This document shows positions 16,007 through 30,752 of a DNA stretch of 64,000 bases, one piece after another. This DNA comes from the human T2T-CHM13v2.0 reference genome, Homo sapiens, in the NCBI RefSeq assembly GCF_009914755.1, contig NC_060934.1; one strand, written 5' to 3'. The position numbers were made by a program, and so were the translations under genes. The notes beneath the pieces were generated by a model, which ran no database searches, had not been told where the DNA came from, and saw only the letters and a program-made list of their open reading frames with translations. Each line of letters starts with the position of its first letter. Positions within the stretch are counted from its first letter, which is position 1.

Positions 16007-16769
16007 TTCCATTGGCTTATAACCTCACAATTTACAAAGGACTTTATCTAAGGAGCGAATCAAAGTTGACAATGCCCGTAAGAGCAGACCTCAGTCAGAA
16101 CATAGCTGGTAAAACATCTGAGATGGCAGGGAATGAAATGCTGATAACAGTAAAGTGAAAAAGGAAAACTATGTAATTGCAAGGATTGTGGTAACTATTT
16201 GTTCTGTTCCTTTTTGATAAGAAGAGATTCTCTTTTGGTAGCATGTTTATTTTAAGAAAGTCAAGGGCATTGTTTTTAGGGAGAATGTTGACAGTGCTTG
16301 TAGAAGCAAAATGAAAGGTGAGGAAGAAGGCAGCATGAGGTCAGCACACATAATTCAATTCAAAGTCATCAGACTTCATTTTTTCCCTAAAAAGTTGCTG
16401 AAAACAGAGGAAGAAGGAAGAATGCAAGGAACAAGAAAGAAAAATTGCCAGAGCTTTAAATGTCAAAGAATAATAAACACACAGGAGCAGATCATTCCGG
16501 CAGCCAGCCTTGGCTTCGTTTTCTTTTCTCCTGTCTTCCGCATCTCTGCTGGTGCTCCACTTTGTCACATACAGTTTTTGTTCCCAGATCTTAGAGTTTT
16601 ATCTTTACAGATGTTCCTGTTTATTTCAAAGAAGTTATGTCACTTTTCTCTTCCCCCCCCAAGATGGTACCCACCTTATTGTAGAAGGAATGTTATCTTC
16701 GAAGCCCTTCTCGCCTCTTAGACTCAGGTGTGCCTCTATTGTAAGAGGCAAAAGTCCACGTTCTCGTGG

Positions 16770-17459
16770 CCTCCTTCTCTTGCTTTCCACACGCTGCTCA
16801 GCTCACTGTGCTTCTTCTGGGTTAGCCTTCTTGCTATTTCTTAAAAACCTCCTGTTTCTTACATTAATGGCAATCACCTTGCATCAACCTAATGGATTCT
16901 GTCTCAGGAGTCTTTGCACCTGCTCTTCCCACTAACTGGGATGCATTTCTGAGGACTCACATGATCTCCTAACGGTCTCTCGCACCCGCACAGGTTATTT
17001 GAGAATCTGCTCAGATGTCACCTTGTCAGAAAGGCCTTCTTTGACCAACATCTATAAAATATCCCTTAATCCAACTCCTTTCCTCTCCTTTTATTCTTTC
17101 TTTTTTTCCTCTGAAGATGGGGCCTTCCTATGTTTCTCTGGCTGCTCTTGAGCTCCTGGTCTCCAGCAATCCTCCCACCTTGGCCTCCCATTGTACTGTG
17201 ATTGCAGGCATGAGCCACCACACACAGCCCCTTTTATTTCTTTTGATAGCGCTACTCATTACCTGGCATGACAGCACATATTAATTTGTGTACGTCTACA
17301 CTTTTTATAATGAAGGTGTCACAAAATCCTGAACTGCTAGTGCAGGGGTCTATGCATTAGGGGCTCCAGAGAGAACCCTTCTGCCATTGTGACACGCCCA
17401 CTGAAGTCCCAGAGTCTATATAGAGTAGGTGCCCAATAAATATAACTGAATGAATGAAG
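16770..17459 (+). mobile_element. L2 3' end, interrupted by an Alu monomer
   Basis: CTGCTCAGATGTCACCTTGTCAGAAAGGCCTTCTTTGACC and terminal GTAGGTGCCCAATAAATATAACTGAATGAATGAA. Confidence 0.75.
17089..17230 (-). mobile_element. FLAM-type Alu monomer
   Basis: Reverse left-arm Alu sequence. TSD-like CCTTTTATT on both sides. Confidence 0.85.
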
Positions 17460-18019
17460 GTTTCTCACTTATTTCATTCATTTCTTCGCACTTGGATTCC
17501 ACTTCGTTATAGAGACTTCTGTTAAGTACCTGTAATCAAAGGACTTTCTTTTTGGTTTGAACTATGTGATTTGTTGAAAGGCTGAGGAGGGAATGAGCTT
17601 ACTAAACCGTACTCCCTGTCAAAACATTTATTGGCTTTACCACACACTTAGTGAGACCCTATTGATGCTGCATTTTGAGGGCACTAAAAACTAATAAGCC
17701 AGAAGAAGTGGCCGGCATATGTGGTCTAATAGATTCAAGGTTGAAGAATCCGCAGCGACGGTAATTTGCACAAGTCAATAAGTACTTCCTAGATTGTCTA
17801 TATTTTTTAAGATACAGAGTTTTTATACCTAGTTGAGAAACAACAAAAATATGTACTTAGTGTTCTATCGTCCATGCATGCTTTATTTCCAATGAAACTC
17901 AGAGGAAATAGGTATTTCCAACAGTGTTTGCCATAGTTACACCCTTTTCTAGGGCTCTGCTCATTTTATTCCATTTCACACTCATCTTTTTCTGTTGAGA
18001 ACCTATAGAAATAATACAA

Positions 18020-18582
<563 letters not shown>

Positions 18583-19733
18583 TGAGGCCCATACAATCAA
18601 AATCCTCTGGCACCTGGAACCAGGTAGAAATGATAGGTAGAGGTGTAGAAGTCTTACAGTTACCCCAAACCCCCACAGAGGCATGTCCCTAATAATATAT
18701 TTGTAAACCGACAAAAGAAAACTAGCTTTCAGAATAACACAGAAAATGAATTATTGGCTGCTACAAAAATTTAGGAATCTGGAGATCTTGGGGGCATAGA
18801 TGAGGTTAACCAAGCAGCACCTGGGTCCCAGCCCAGGCTACAGGCCCCAAAGGAAGGACATGAGGACAGAACAAGGAGGAATGAGGTCCAGGAAAGAGCT
18901 GCTCGTCAGATCCCAGGATTTTAAAGTATGCTGAGTGCTTTCTTCCTATTACCCTGTAGTTCCAGCTTTGATCTGAAGGGAAGAAGTTGGTTCCCTTCTA
19001 AACTAGATTTGTTTTATGACCTAAGGCATATTCATTTGGGCAACATGAGTATGACATTTTTCTCCCAACCATGTTAAGTCTAATTAATTTATCAAGCACT
19101 TGCCAGTTTGCCCATTCTTGCCCATAACTACCCTCAAATCTTCAACTTTTAAGGTGAATTTGGTTTTGAAGTTACTGTCATTTCTTATGGCCTACTGGAA
19201 ATTTTCTGGTGTGTGTTTTTTTTTTTTAATGTTTGCATTTTCTAAGACTACTGTGCTTTTGTATGTATTCATTTAAATTGTCAAAAAGGATGTTGTCAAG
19301 ATATGCTGAATGAGCCCCTTCCCCCAGAAATGTTGCCATATTAATGGGATATTAGCCCTTTACTGACTTGGAGGTTGCATCTTCTCAATCCGGTAATTAG
19401 CTGAAGTGCTACATTTTAAAAAATAATTTAAGCTCTTTTTTCATTATTTTTTTTTCAATTTTTCAGAAGGCAAGTTCAGACACATAGGTTTATACAAGAT
19501 GAAAATATTAGATAAAAAGTGATACATCTGAATTATGTATTTTAAACATTTTTACTTAAATACCACACATGTCCACATAGCATTATTTATACACATTTTA
19601 GTAAAACTAGCTGAGGGTGCTTGGGGGTAGGGTATTCAGTTAGTAACCTGTATCTAAGTTGATACATATCTTCCCTAACCTGTTTACTTGATTGAATTGA
19701 TTAGGGACTATTAAAAAATAAAATTATCTTTGA

Positions 19734-20192
<459 letters not shown>

Positions 20193-20354
20193 TAGGTTTT
20201 GAAGCTTGCCCTCGAGGATTTAAAAGACAGCATTGCAATTTGCATGTAACCTCTGAGTCAACTACTGAACTATTAAGTTGCGAATGGAAGACTTATAACC
20301 ACACATGTGAATCTGCCGATTTTTTTAAAGACCTCAGTGTTGAAAAGATCATAT

Positions 20355-20570
20355 AGAACAATAGCTAGTACTTATTAAGTGTCTATTATGTGTCAGCTTC
20401 CTGGCATCTGTTAATTTATTTTACCTTTGTAATATTCAGGCGAGGTATGCGTTATCCCCACTTCACAGATGAGGAAATAGGTTCCGAAAAGAAACTTACT
20501 GAAGGACACACAGAGGGTCGAGTCAGAGATCCGCTCCAAGCCCTATCTTACTCTAGTGGCCACCTTCTTT
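20355..20570 (-). mobile_element. MIR
   Basis: TATCCCCACTTCACAGATGAGGAAAT core. Confidence 0.75.
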
Positions 20571-23500
20571 TTACTTCACATCCCATCATAAAATATAAAA
20601 CTAAACGAAGTGTTGATGGTTGTTTAATGCGAGCAATGCAGGCTGCCAAGTAGAACAATTAAGACTCTGAAATAGCTATTTTGCTTTGACTACTTGGCTT
20701 ATTTAACAATCTACAGTTACTAGCTAGATGGATAATTGTACAGCCTCTCAATTACTTTAGGTTATGTGGACATAAGCCTGGCGCCGTTTGATTCTGACTC
20801 TAATGATATTTAATTTCATATTCCTAATAGCTCCTTGTCTAGTGAGTATCCTAGAGGATAGAGAAAGGTACACTTTGAGGATAACCTCAGTTGCATGTAC
20901 TCAAGCGGTCTTCAGGTAGCATGCATGCCCTCCCTTTAAAGAAACTTAGTTCAGGAAAGTTAGGCTGACAAATAAATATACTAGGACATCATGGTTTCAT
21001 TACAGAATGACTCTCTCTTTTAAGGGGATTCACCACCATTTTTGTCTCCTTAGCAAGACCCACTAGCATATTTAAAATATTATTTTAATATATGAATATA
21101 AATTATACCTCTTTTTAGAGATATGTCTGTCAAGTGAAGCACATTCATACCTTGACTGGACTAAATGTTTGTCCTTATACAGAGCACAAAATGTTTCTTT
21201 CTCATTCATTCTTTCAATTTTAAAAGCCAACAGGGACCAGGGCAGTAAAGAAGAGAAACGGGCATGTGAATGTGGTCAATGGAGTCTATTCTATTGACGA
21301 ATGTTTCACATTTTCTCAAACTTTTCGAGGAAATATAAAAATATGTTGCCCCAACTTCCTTTCCAATTTCCAAAGGAACATTTTGGCTGGGAATTAGGAA
21401 AATTTCGTTCTATGTATAACATCTACGAAGATGTTTAAACTGTAATTGCATGCCATTTCAAGGAAATGTTCTTTCAGTACAGTGAAGACTGACCTACTCG
21501 GGAATATTAAAATGTACAGGGGTTCACATTTTGGTGATAATATTTTATCATTTTGAAAACTTATTCTTAATACACCCCCACATTACATTTTAGTAAAATG
21601 GTTTCACTTTCTTTAACACCCATTAATAGCTATTAGAAGTAAAAAAAAAAAAAATAAGGCTTTATATAGATCCTTAAACTACACTTAAGTAATTTGTAAT
21701 TGACAATTAAATCAGCATGGCAATGCATTATCATAAGTTTGATAGATCTGCCTTTCTTAAAATCCTGAGAAGAAAGGGCCCTTTTGTAAGACACCCAACA
21801 CAGACTATTCTTGCATTTTAATTGACCACAAAGCACACATTGTCTCCATGTAAGTGCTTGGTAATCATCTTTTACAAGTTTCCTTTTGTTGAAGATTTTG
21901 ATGCTGCCTGTGGAAGGCTGGTTCATGCTAGAAACAGTGTCCTTAGTTGAAATGTGGGATTAGCCGCAGCCATACTTAAATGATTGGCCTTGCCGTGGTC
22001 ATAATATAAAAAGTAGAGTTAAAGCTTTCCACTTTGAAATCCTGGGTTTCTCATTCTCTCCTTCCCTCTCTTGTTTCTTCTTCTCGCTAAAGACCCATGA
22101 ATGTGTGCTCACAAAGCTGGGTCTGCACGTGGGCCTGATGACAGCCACACCGATGATGACCCCATTCCTGGGCAGCTGACAGGCATTGGAGTCACCCTGT
22201 CCAACCATAGAATAGGCATGTGGGCTATGTTTGTAAAAGCTGGACTCTTTTCTCATCCCTAGGAAATTTGAAGACCTACTGTATAGAAATGCCGGTTAAA
22301 ATAGTTACATGTTGAGATGAAAATAAACACTGAATTTGAGAGGGAATTTTAACCATTCATTTATCTATTTGTCTCCCAAGCAACTTCTGAAAATTCCATA
22401 GATAGTTGATTAGATTAATTTCCAGTTTTGTCCACTTTCTTACATCCTATACTAACAATAGCACTTATCTATACAGTGTAAAACTTTTTATAAAAAAAAA
22501 AGGTATATTCTCTGTATTTCAAACTATTAAAATTGCAAAAAATTCTAAAGATTGATTTTCATATAATTTGCTAGAATCTAGGATAAATCAAAATACCAAT
22601 AGAGATTTTTTCCCTCTAATATCTAAGAAAGCTGTTTTATAACATGGACATAATCAAGTTTTCTGTGAGTCTGATTCATCTCATAAAGAATTATCTCCTT
22701 TACTACATCTTCATTCTATTCTTTAATACTGATTTTGTGGGTTTTCATATGAGATAAATGCGTTACATTAAAGGTGAAAACGTGTGATAGGTGTTTTTTA
22801 AGTAGCTTGTAAAGTGTGGAAGTTAGTTAGGTATTGATACCCAATTAGTAGAAATTAAAATTTTAATCTGGGAAGAAGAAAGGAGTATTGTATAATCAGA
22901 TGAAGTATCTTTACATTGGAATACAGTTCCATTCATGTGACAGCTGCTTAGTGATGTTTTGAAAATTAAATTGAATTAATAAATTCAAGGGGATCAAACC
23001 ACACTTAAAGTGATGATGGCACAACTGTAACGGGCATTTCCACCAATCCCTCTACAGGGCAATGTCTGCCACATTGCAATGTGGCCAGGCTCACAGGGAG
23101 GAATGTGTGAGATAAACATTAGCGTCAGCACTACAAGGTCACGCGTTCTTACCACCAAATATAATGGGTTTATATGACTATATCAAAGGAGGGAAGAAGG
23201 CCCCCAGCCCTGAGGACTTTCAGTGGCAGGAGGAAGGCACAGTCCAAGCAGTAACTGATGAAAATGTGCAGTCTGCTGTACAAGTGTATAAACTGTTTAT
23301 TTTATGGGAAGAAAAGTCATCAAGAGATTTATCCGAAAGTCAGGCTTGGATAGACTAGCTGGCAGTAGTCATCTTTACCTTTGGTCCTACCGTCTCAATT
23401 GCATCCTACTACTTGAATCATGTCACAAGGTATTAAAGGAAGAAAGTGAGATTGGTGAGACAGCAGAGACGCTCAATTCCAAAACTCCAACAGCAAAAGG

Positions 23501-24036
23501 ATTGATCATTTTAGAATACCTTGTAAGTCAATAGTGAAAACATTGTAACAGCTCTCTAGAGATCTTTTTTTTTTTTCATTTCTGGCATTGCTCTAAAACC
23601 TCACTAATTCGGAACAGTTTTTTTCCTAAAATTGGAGAATTTCCCAAATGTAAGCTATTTTTGTAAATATTATCGTAAACTAAGGCGTATATATACACAC
23701 ACATATACTGCTTAGTTGAATGAAAATAAATATGTCACAACAGCGCTGTATTAAATGTTTCCTAAACTTTAAAATATCGAGATATATTGTTTGCTTTTTA
23801 ACTTTTTACTCAAAAAAAGGTACATAGTCTTTGGGACTTCTAGTTAAGATTGTGTTTTAACTTAGGGCCCTTGATGTAGTTCAGAGATAGAGCACATTAA
23901 AAGAATTATACTCCACAATCAATTGTGGTTTGTTTGAAAATAAAAAGATGTTTTAGTTTATAATATTAACATACTATAACACATCACCTCAGTAGATCAA
24001 TAAGAAAAAAACGATCTCAATAGGAACTCAATAATG

Positions 24037-24585
24037 ATAACCAGAATCTATAAGGAACTCAAACAAATCAGCAAGAAAAAAAATAATCCCATCAAAAAGT
24101 AGGCAAAGAACATGAATAGACAATTCTCAAAAGAAGATATACAAACAGCCAACAAATGTATGAAAACATGCTCAACATCACTGATTATCAGGGAAATACA
24201 CATTAAAACTACACTGAGATACCACCTTACTCCTGCAAGAATGGCCGTAATTAAAACGTCAAAAAACAGTAGATGTTGGCATGGATGTGGTGAAAAGGGA
24301 ACAGTTTACACAGCTGGTGGGAATGCACATTAGGACAATCACTATGGAAAAGTATGGGGATTCCTTAAAGAACTAAAAGTGGATCTACCATTCAATCCAG
24401 CAATCCCAGAGGAAAGGAAGTCATCATATGAAAAAGGCACTTACACATGCTTGTTTACAGCAGCACAATTCGCAATTGCCAAGACATGGAACCAACCTAA
24501 GTGCCCATCAACCAATGAATGGATAAAGAAAATGTGACATATATAGATATATAGATATACACACATACATATATATGTGTGTGTG

Positions 24586-24620
<35 letters not shown>

Positions 24621-24990
24621 CATGGAATACTATTCAGCCATAAAAAGGAACGAAATAATGTCTTTTACAGCAACTTGGTTGGAGCCAGAGGCCATTATTC
24701 TAAGTGAAGTAACTCAGGAATGGAAAACCAAATATCGTACGTTCTCACTTATAAGTGGGAGCTAAGCCATGAGGATACAAAGGCATAAGAATGATATAAT
24801 GGACTTTGAGGACTTGGTGGGGAGGGTTGGGAGGTGGTGAGGGATAACAGACTACATATTAGGTACAGTGTAGACTGCTTGGATAATGAGTGCACTCAAA
24901 TCTCAGAAATCATCACTAAATAACTTATCCAAGTAACCAAAAACCATCTGTACCCCAAAAACTATTGAAGTAAAAATATAAAAAATATTA
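24037..24990 (+). mobile_element. L1PB-type LINE-1 3' fragment (ORF2 C-terminus plus 3'UTR) with internal TA/TG/GA microsatellite (about 24540-24619)
   Basis: ORF 24112..24333 ([15 protein letters not shown]...STSLIIRE...[10 protein letters not shown]) is the ORF2p C-terminal region. L1PB-like 3'UTR ending TACCCCAAAAACTATTGAA plus an A-rich tail. Confidence 0.92.
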
Positions 24991-26812
24991 AGCCCTTATT
25001 CCTAAGAGGCTAAAGAAACTCTTAGAAAATGAGGAATACAGAGGAACTTTTAAAATTTAATGAAAGACAGCTATCTTAAACCGATAGTTGGGTAAGAGAT
25101 GAGCAAGGGCACAAACTGTCATCATTCACGAAATAATGTACTGGAAGTTCTGATCATAGCAATAAATCATGGAACCCAAATAAACAGATACACTCATTAG
25201 AAACACTAAAGATCGAAATTTTGTCATTTGCCAAAAAGATAAATATAAACATAAAAAGTGAAAAAACTAAAAATCTGTATGAATTTAAGATCTGTATGAA
25301 TTTAAGGACAGTGTACTGAAAAAAATTTTAAGCAACAACTTTACCTTAAATCAGTAGTTAACACGTGGGAACTGTCTGAAGAAAACATTAAGTCCTCGCA
25401 GAGAGAAAATGTTAGAATTTGAGTAAATTTAGAGTTAGCCTATACTTCTAGATGGACAGAGCTAGTATTCTAAATACATTAAATTTTTCCCAGATAAATC
25501 CAAGTGTTCAGAACAAATACCAATAAAAATTTCAGTAGAATTTTTTGAATTGATTTGAATTTATTGTAAATCTCAGCTTGAAGTTCGCTTTGAAAGGGAA
25601 GCATAATGCTAAGAGTAACTTGCTATACCAGATGTTAGAAAGTATAGCTACCAGTTTTTCATCAAAGCAACATGGTACCAACCTAAGAAATGACAGACGG
25701 ATTCAGTAGCATGAAATCTGATATGTAAACATACACATCTTACCCCAAAAACCCCAGGGAAAAGGACTGCATCATAAATGATACTGGTTAAACTTCCCAC
25801 GTGGAAAAAAGAAATAATTATGTTGTATCTTCACCTTACACCATGAACCAAAATACATCGTGAATGGATCAAATAGTAAAAAAGGAAAATGAAAAAAACA
25901 CAAAGGTAAAAATCTACTCTCAGGGTAGGTGAGACTTTTTATGTTAAATAAAATAAGCAAGTTATTGAAATCTTTGGCTATATGAAAGTTTGTAAATTCA
26001 GACCAAAACATTTTTAATCATTAAAAATAAATTATGATTTGTGGGAAAAAATCTTTTTTAGGAATTAAAATACATAAATAAATATAGAACAGTTTCAACT
26101 TGATTAAAAAAACAGTTTATGACTAAAGCACATAAACTGACCATAAAAGTAGACAAAGGACAATAAACATTGGGAGAAATATTTATCTTCACTAGTATTC
26201 AGAGACATGCAAAGAAAACAGTGAAGTAACAGGTCATCACTCATCATAGTACAAATTTAAAATTAACAGTACACTTGAGAATAGCAAGCCACTCTTGTAT
26301 ATGGGGGAATGTCCATTGCAAATCTGCAAAGCAATTTAGTAATTTATGTTAAGATGTAAAACAGTTATCTTCTCTCTGAAGAAAATCAGAATTACCCACA
26401 CACATTCACAAGAATTTTCATCTCAATGCTATATATAAAAGTAAACATTTATAAATGCCCTTAATATTTAATCTTAGAGGAATGGTTAAATAAATTATGG
26501 GATATTTGTAAAATGAAATAATATATAATCCTTGGAAAATATTTTCAACGTCATTATGTGGGAAAAATATATCATGTTGTATAAAAAGGATTAAAAATTC
26601 TGATCAATACAACCACAGTTTTATATAAAGAGACAAAGTATATGGATTGAAAATGACTAAAAGGAAATATTACCAAAAGTTAAACAATTTTGTATCTAGT
26701 GAGATTGAGGTGTAGATAATTTTTCTTCTTTATACTTATCTGTGTTTCTGAGCATTATTATGAGCATGAATTGCTTTTGTAATCATTAAAAACAATAAAC
26801 GTTATTTTTAAG
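24991..26812 (+). mobile_element. Old L1M (L1ME-like) fragments, host of the L1PB insertion
   Basis: A-rich degraded ORF2-like blocks and a 3' end with GGAATGGTTAAATAAATTATGG...GCTTTTGTAATCATTAAAAACAATAAA. Confidence 0.7.
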
Positions 26813-27274
26813 AGAATCATGTTCTATGTCCAAATTATCACTAAATCTGAGTTAATGGCATCTAAATTAAGAGTCTTTCAATGGTAAAGTTTTAGTAGTA
26901 TAATAGTATAATATACGCTCAGTGGGAATTCAGTGTATTTCATAGATAAGTTTCATTTGTAGCAAGATGCTAAATAAAGGCTAAAAAAGATAATGATCTT
27001 CCAGAGATTTGTAGATAAATAATTGTTATAAAACAAGTCTTGTTTCTGCCTGAGATAGCCAGGAAAGAGGATTCAATAAGATGCTCAGAAATGTACCAAC
27101 TGACATTTTACTAAGTCAACATGGTTTGGGTATCATTTGGGGTAACCTGTGTTCTCAGTGGCTTTCCATAACCCTAAGAATAATTTTGCAGGCATTTTGG
27201 CATTGAGTCTTCATTTAAAGAATGAAAATGAAATGCATTCCAGTGCTTACAGCATCTTTTTGAGGTTCTTTTGC

Positions 27275-27311
27275 GTGTGTGTGTGTGTGTGTGTGTGCCC
27301 ACACGTGTGTG
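27275..27311 (+). repeat. (TG)n microsatellite
   Basis: Seen directly. Confidence 0.95.
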
Positions 27312-28409
27312 TTGTTTTGTTTGTGTGAGTTTTTTTCCCCCCATAAAGTATTCCTTTTGAAGTTCACAGCTTAGGCAGAGAAAGCCGAGTTTGGCGGGTG
27401 TAACTTTTGAATGCATAAAACAGCGGCTTTAATCTCAGGTTATGATTGACACCAAACAAAATACAGACTCTCTCTTTGTTCTCCAAAACACAGTGGAATC
27501 CTTGTGGGTATTTGTGGTGTTGGGTGTGCATGTGTGCACATGTGTATATGTGTGTGCTGTTTGTTCAAGGTAAGAAAAAGGTTTGCAAAGTTCAGCTGAC
27601 GACAGCTAATGAATTTGGCATCCTTCAAGCTGTCTCCTAAGAAGCAATTCTGATGACAGGCCTATGAGGCACACGCTAAGGGGATGTGACAAGAGTCTCA
27701 GTGGGGATGATCCTGCTGAGAAGACTGAGACAAATGGGCTGCAGAGACCTCTGGTAACCAGGCTAAGAGTTGGGAGAGCTTCAGATGTGGTGTCACACCT
27801 GCCTGTCCCCAACAAATCCACCAGTGCATCCTGGGGGTGATAAACTGCCCATAACAAATTAGACTGTTACACTGAGACAAGGTTATCTGAAGAAAAATAG
27901 GAAAGTTTTACTTCTCAGTAATTTTGTTTTCTCAATTTTTTTTGGAGGAGTTTGAGGCTTTTCATCTTTCATCAATTTCTCTAATGTTGCTACAGAAAGC
28001 CACTGCAGCTGCCCCCAAAGACTTGAAAGAGGGAAGGAAATGCTCTTCAAAAATTACTGGAACCACATGGAACCCCTGTGGCCTCTTGAAAAAAGTAGAC
28101 AACACTTTATCCCATAATTGTGCACAGATCCCATTATGTTTATTACTTGATTCTAGACTTACTCCCTATTTCCATCCTACACTCATCTATCAGTTTCTCC
28201 TTCCTAAAACACCCCTGTGCCATGCCTTTCTCTACTATAGTTCTTCATTCACTTGGTTATTTTTTACGCTATTATGCAACAAACATTTATTGAGTATCTA
28301 CTGTGTGCCAGGTACCTTAATAGGCATTGGGAAATATGGAAATTCTTATCATGGTAGCTGACCTCAAGGAGCTAACACTCTAATGGGGCCCCAGACAAGA
28401 AAACAAATT

Positions 28410-28860
28410 TACTAGTCAATTGCTGCAATAAGGCCACATACAAATTATTCCACAGTGCAGTGGTTTGCAGAAATAAATGTTTATTCTTACACTTATGAAT
28501 CTACAGATCAACAATGGTTTGGCAGATCTAGGTTAGGTGGCTCTCTTTCAAACTGTGAGTCAGCTGGGGTTGGCTTTCAATTGTGAGTTGGGCTCAAATC
28601 TCCATGTGTGTTTGTTCTGGGACCCAGGTGGAAGGAACAGCGGATTCCCCAGGCATGCTTTTCTCATGTCAGAGAAAAACCCAAACACACAAGCACATTT
28701 AACCTAATGTTGGGTAACGTGTTAATGATGAAAGCAAGTGGCATTATCAAGCCCAATGTCAATGTAGTGGGGACATATATTCCACTCACTCTATTGTACT
28801 ATAAGGTCATATGATCGAAGGAGGGCGCAAAGAATTGGCAAAATAATCCAATCTAACACA
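28410..28860 (-). mobile_element. MaLR LTR (MLT1H/I-like)
   Basis: ATTGCTGCAATAA...CAGTGGTTT...TTTATTCTTAC and terminal AATAATCCAATCTAACACA. Confidence 0.7.
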
Positions 28861-28948
28861 AAATTTGTGCCAATGAAGTATAATAAATGATACAAGAGAA
28901 GTATATTCAAGGTTTGGATGAAGTACGGAGAAATATTTCAGAAGAGGG

Positions 28949-29640
28949 TGTATTAGGGTTCAGCCAAAGAAACAGAACTAGCAGGATCAATAGATGATGG
29001 ATATATAGGTAGGTAGATGATCCAATAGTTAAATAGAAAGGTAATTAATGGATAATAGATAATTCAATGATAGGTGATAAATGGATGTTTGTTACAGGAA
29101 TTTGACTGCACAGTTACGGCAGTAGGTTAAACAGTCTCTGTAAGGTTTTTTTCTCTACATCTGGTGCTGGAACTTGAAGTCTGTAGACCAAATAGTTAAC
29201 AAGGAAAGATGGTAAAGTGGAGGAGATCAAGGGCAGGCTAAAGCCCACAACCACAGCTTGAACTACTTGAGGATGTGCTGAAACACTTATATATTCTTGT
29301 TGTCTCTGTCTCAGTAAGGTTCATTGACCTTGGTGAGACAGCTAAACACATGCCTGGCCCAGAATTCAGAGAAACTCAGGGCGGATGATCCAGGGCAGGG
29401 CAGAACAATTGCAGGGCCAGCTGCTGTTTCCCACCGAAGAGGCGAGTCAGCAGATCAGTAATAAGGTGTATGAGCTACAAAATAACTGTTGCTTCCCTTC
29501 TGTCCTTCAGATCTCCCAAGAATCTTGTGTCTCACCCTAACTAGAAATATCTTTAAATGAATTTTGGGAAATGTAGTTTGGCCTGGCCAAACTACATTTG
29601 ACTCATTACAAAGGCTTTGACTCATTTCAAAGCCATCACA
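28949..29640 (-). mobile_element. ERVL LTR (MLT2-like)
   Basis: TGTATTAGGGTTC...AGAAACAGAAC, GATA-rich stretch, terminal TGGGAAATGTAGTT...AGCCATCACA. Confidence 0.75.
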
Positions 29641-30044
29641 AGAGGCATCTAATTGAAGCTACTAGAAAGAGTAAATTGGGAAACACTTTCAGGGCAGGTG
29701 ATATTTGAACTGCAACTGTAAGGATGAGCAGGAGTTAACTGGGAAGGGGAAATGCCAATTTAGGCAGACACCAAGCATGAGAAAGGCAAGCCTCAGGAAT
29801 ATGGAAGATCCTGGTATAGAAGTCTAACAGCCTAAGCCACTGGGAACACACTTGTAGTCAAAGCTATATTTACATAATTGTGGCAGCAAAAGAGAATGCC
29901 TGCCAAGGTTATGATGGGACAACTTGGAAAAAGAGAGTTGGAAGGAGCTTATTGTAGAAATAGGGCTTGTGCTGCATGATTCTAATGGGGTATTAGAGAA
30001 CTGGAGGACAGTCCTGGATTGGATGTTTTCAGAAAGCATTGGAT

Positions 30045-30400
30045 ATCGATATGGACTCAGCTGTGTTCTCCCCAAAATTTGTGTGTTGAAGTCCTAACCC
30101 TGGTACCTGGGAATGTGATTGTATTTGGAGATAGAACCTTTAAGGAAGTAATTAGAGTTAATGATGTCATAGGTGTGGGGCCCCAATCCAGTAGGACTAG
30201 TATCCTTATCAGAAAAAAAAGACACTAGAGATGTGCAGGCATAGGGAGAAGGCTCCAAGGAGAGGAGCCTCATGAGAAACCAAACCTGCTGTCACCTTGA
30301 TCTTGACTTCCAGCCTCCAGAACTGTGAGAAATAAATTTTTGTTTCTTAAGCCACTCAGTTTATGGTATATTATCACAGCTGCCCTAGCTGACTAACACA
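30045..30400 (+). mobile_element. MaLR LTR (MLT1A/B-like)
   Basis: GTTGAAGTCCTAACCC...GTATTTGGAGATAG...GACTTCCAGCCTCCAGAACTGTGAGAAATAAATT...GACTAACACA. Confidence 0.85.
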
Positions 30401-30752
30401 AGTATCTTGGTAGTTTTTATGTATAGACAGCAGGAAGATTAAAGAAGGACTAGAGTTGTCATTGGTAAAGAAGCAATTGGAAGAAGGGGATATTTCATTA
30501 TTTTTACATTTGCAGAGTGTCTGTTTCTTTCTCTTGTTCCACCATGATCTCAAATTCTGATTATTTTTATATTGTGCAAGTGCTTTTAATGTTTAGAACA
30601 TCATGGTCTACCTGTCAGCTACCTGCCACCAAAATTGTCCTTCACTTTCTCATTGATGTATTCAGAGAGGATTCTCATTTACTGATCCAGAAATTACAGG
30701 GAATCTCCATTGTTTACTATGTTGAATGCAGATTCCTTTGCCTGATTTACAA

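Larger units (their letters stand above)
28245..29830 (-). mobile_element. L2 split by two nested LTRs
   Basis: L2 3' end AACAAACATTTATTGAGTATCTACTGTGTGCCAGG at about 28278. L2-like sequence resumes at about 28860-28948 and about 29641-29830. Confidence 0.7.

Noticed and set aside
24112-24333. ORF with real protein similarity
   Set aside because: A fragment of L1 ORF2p in a truncated, inactive L1PB-type element.
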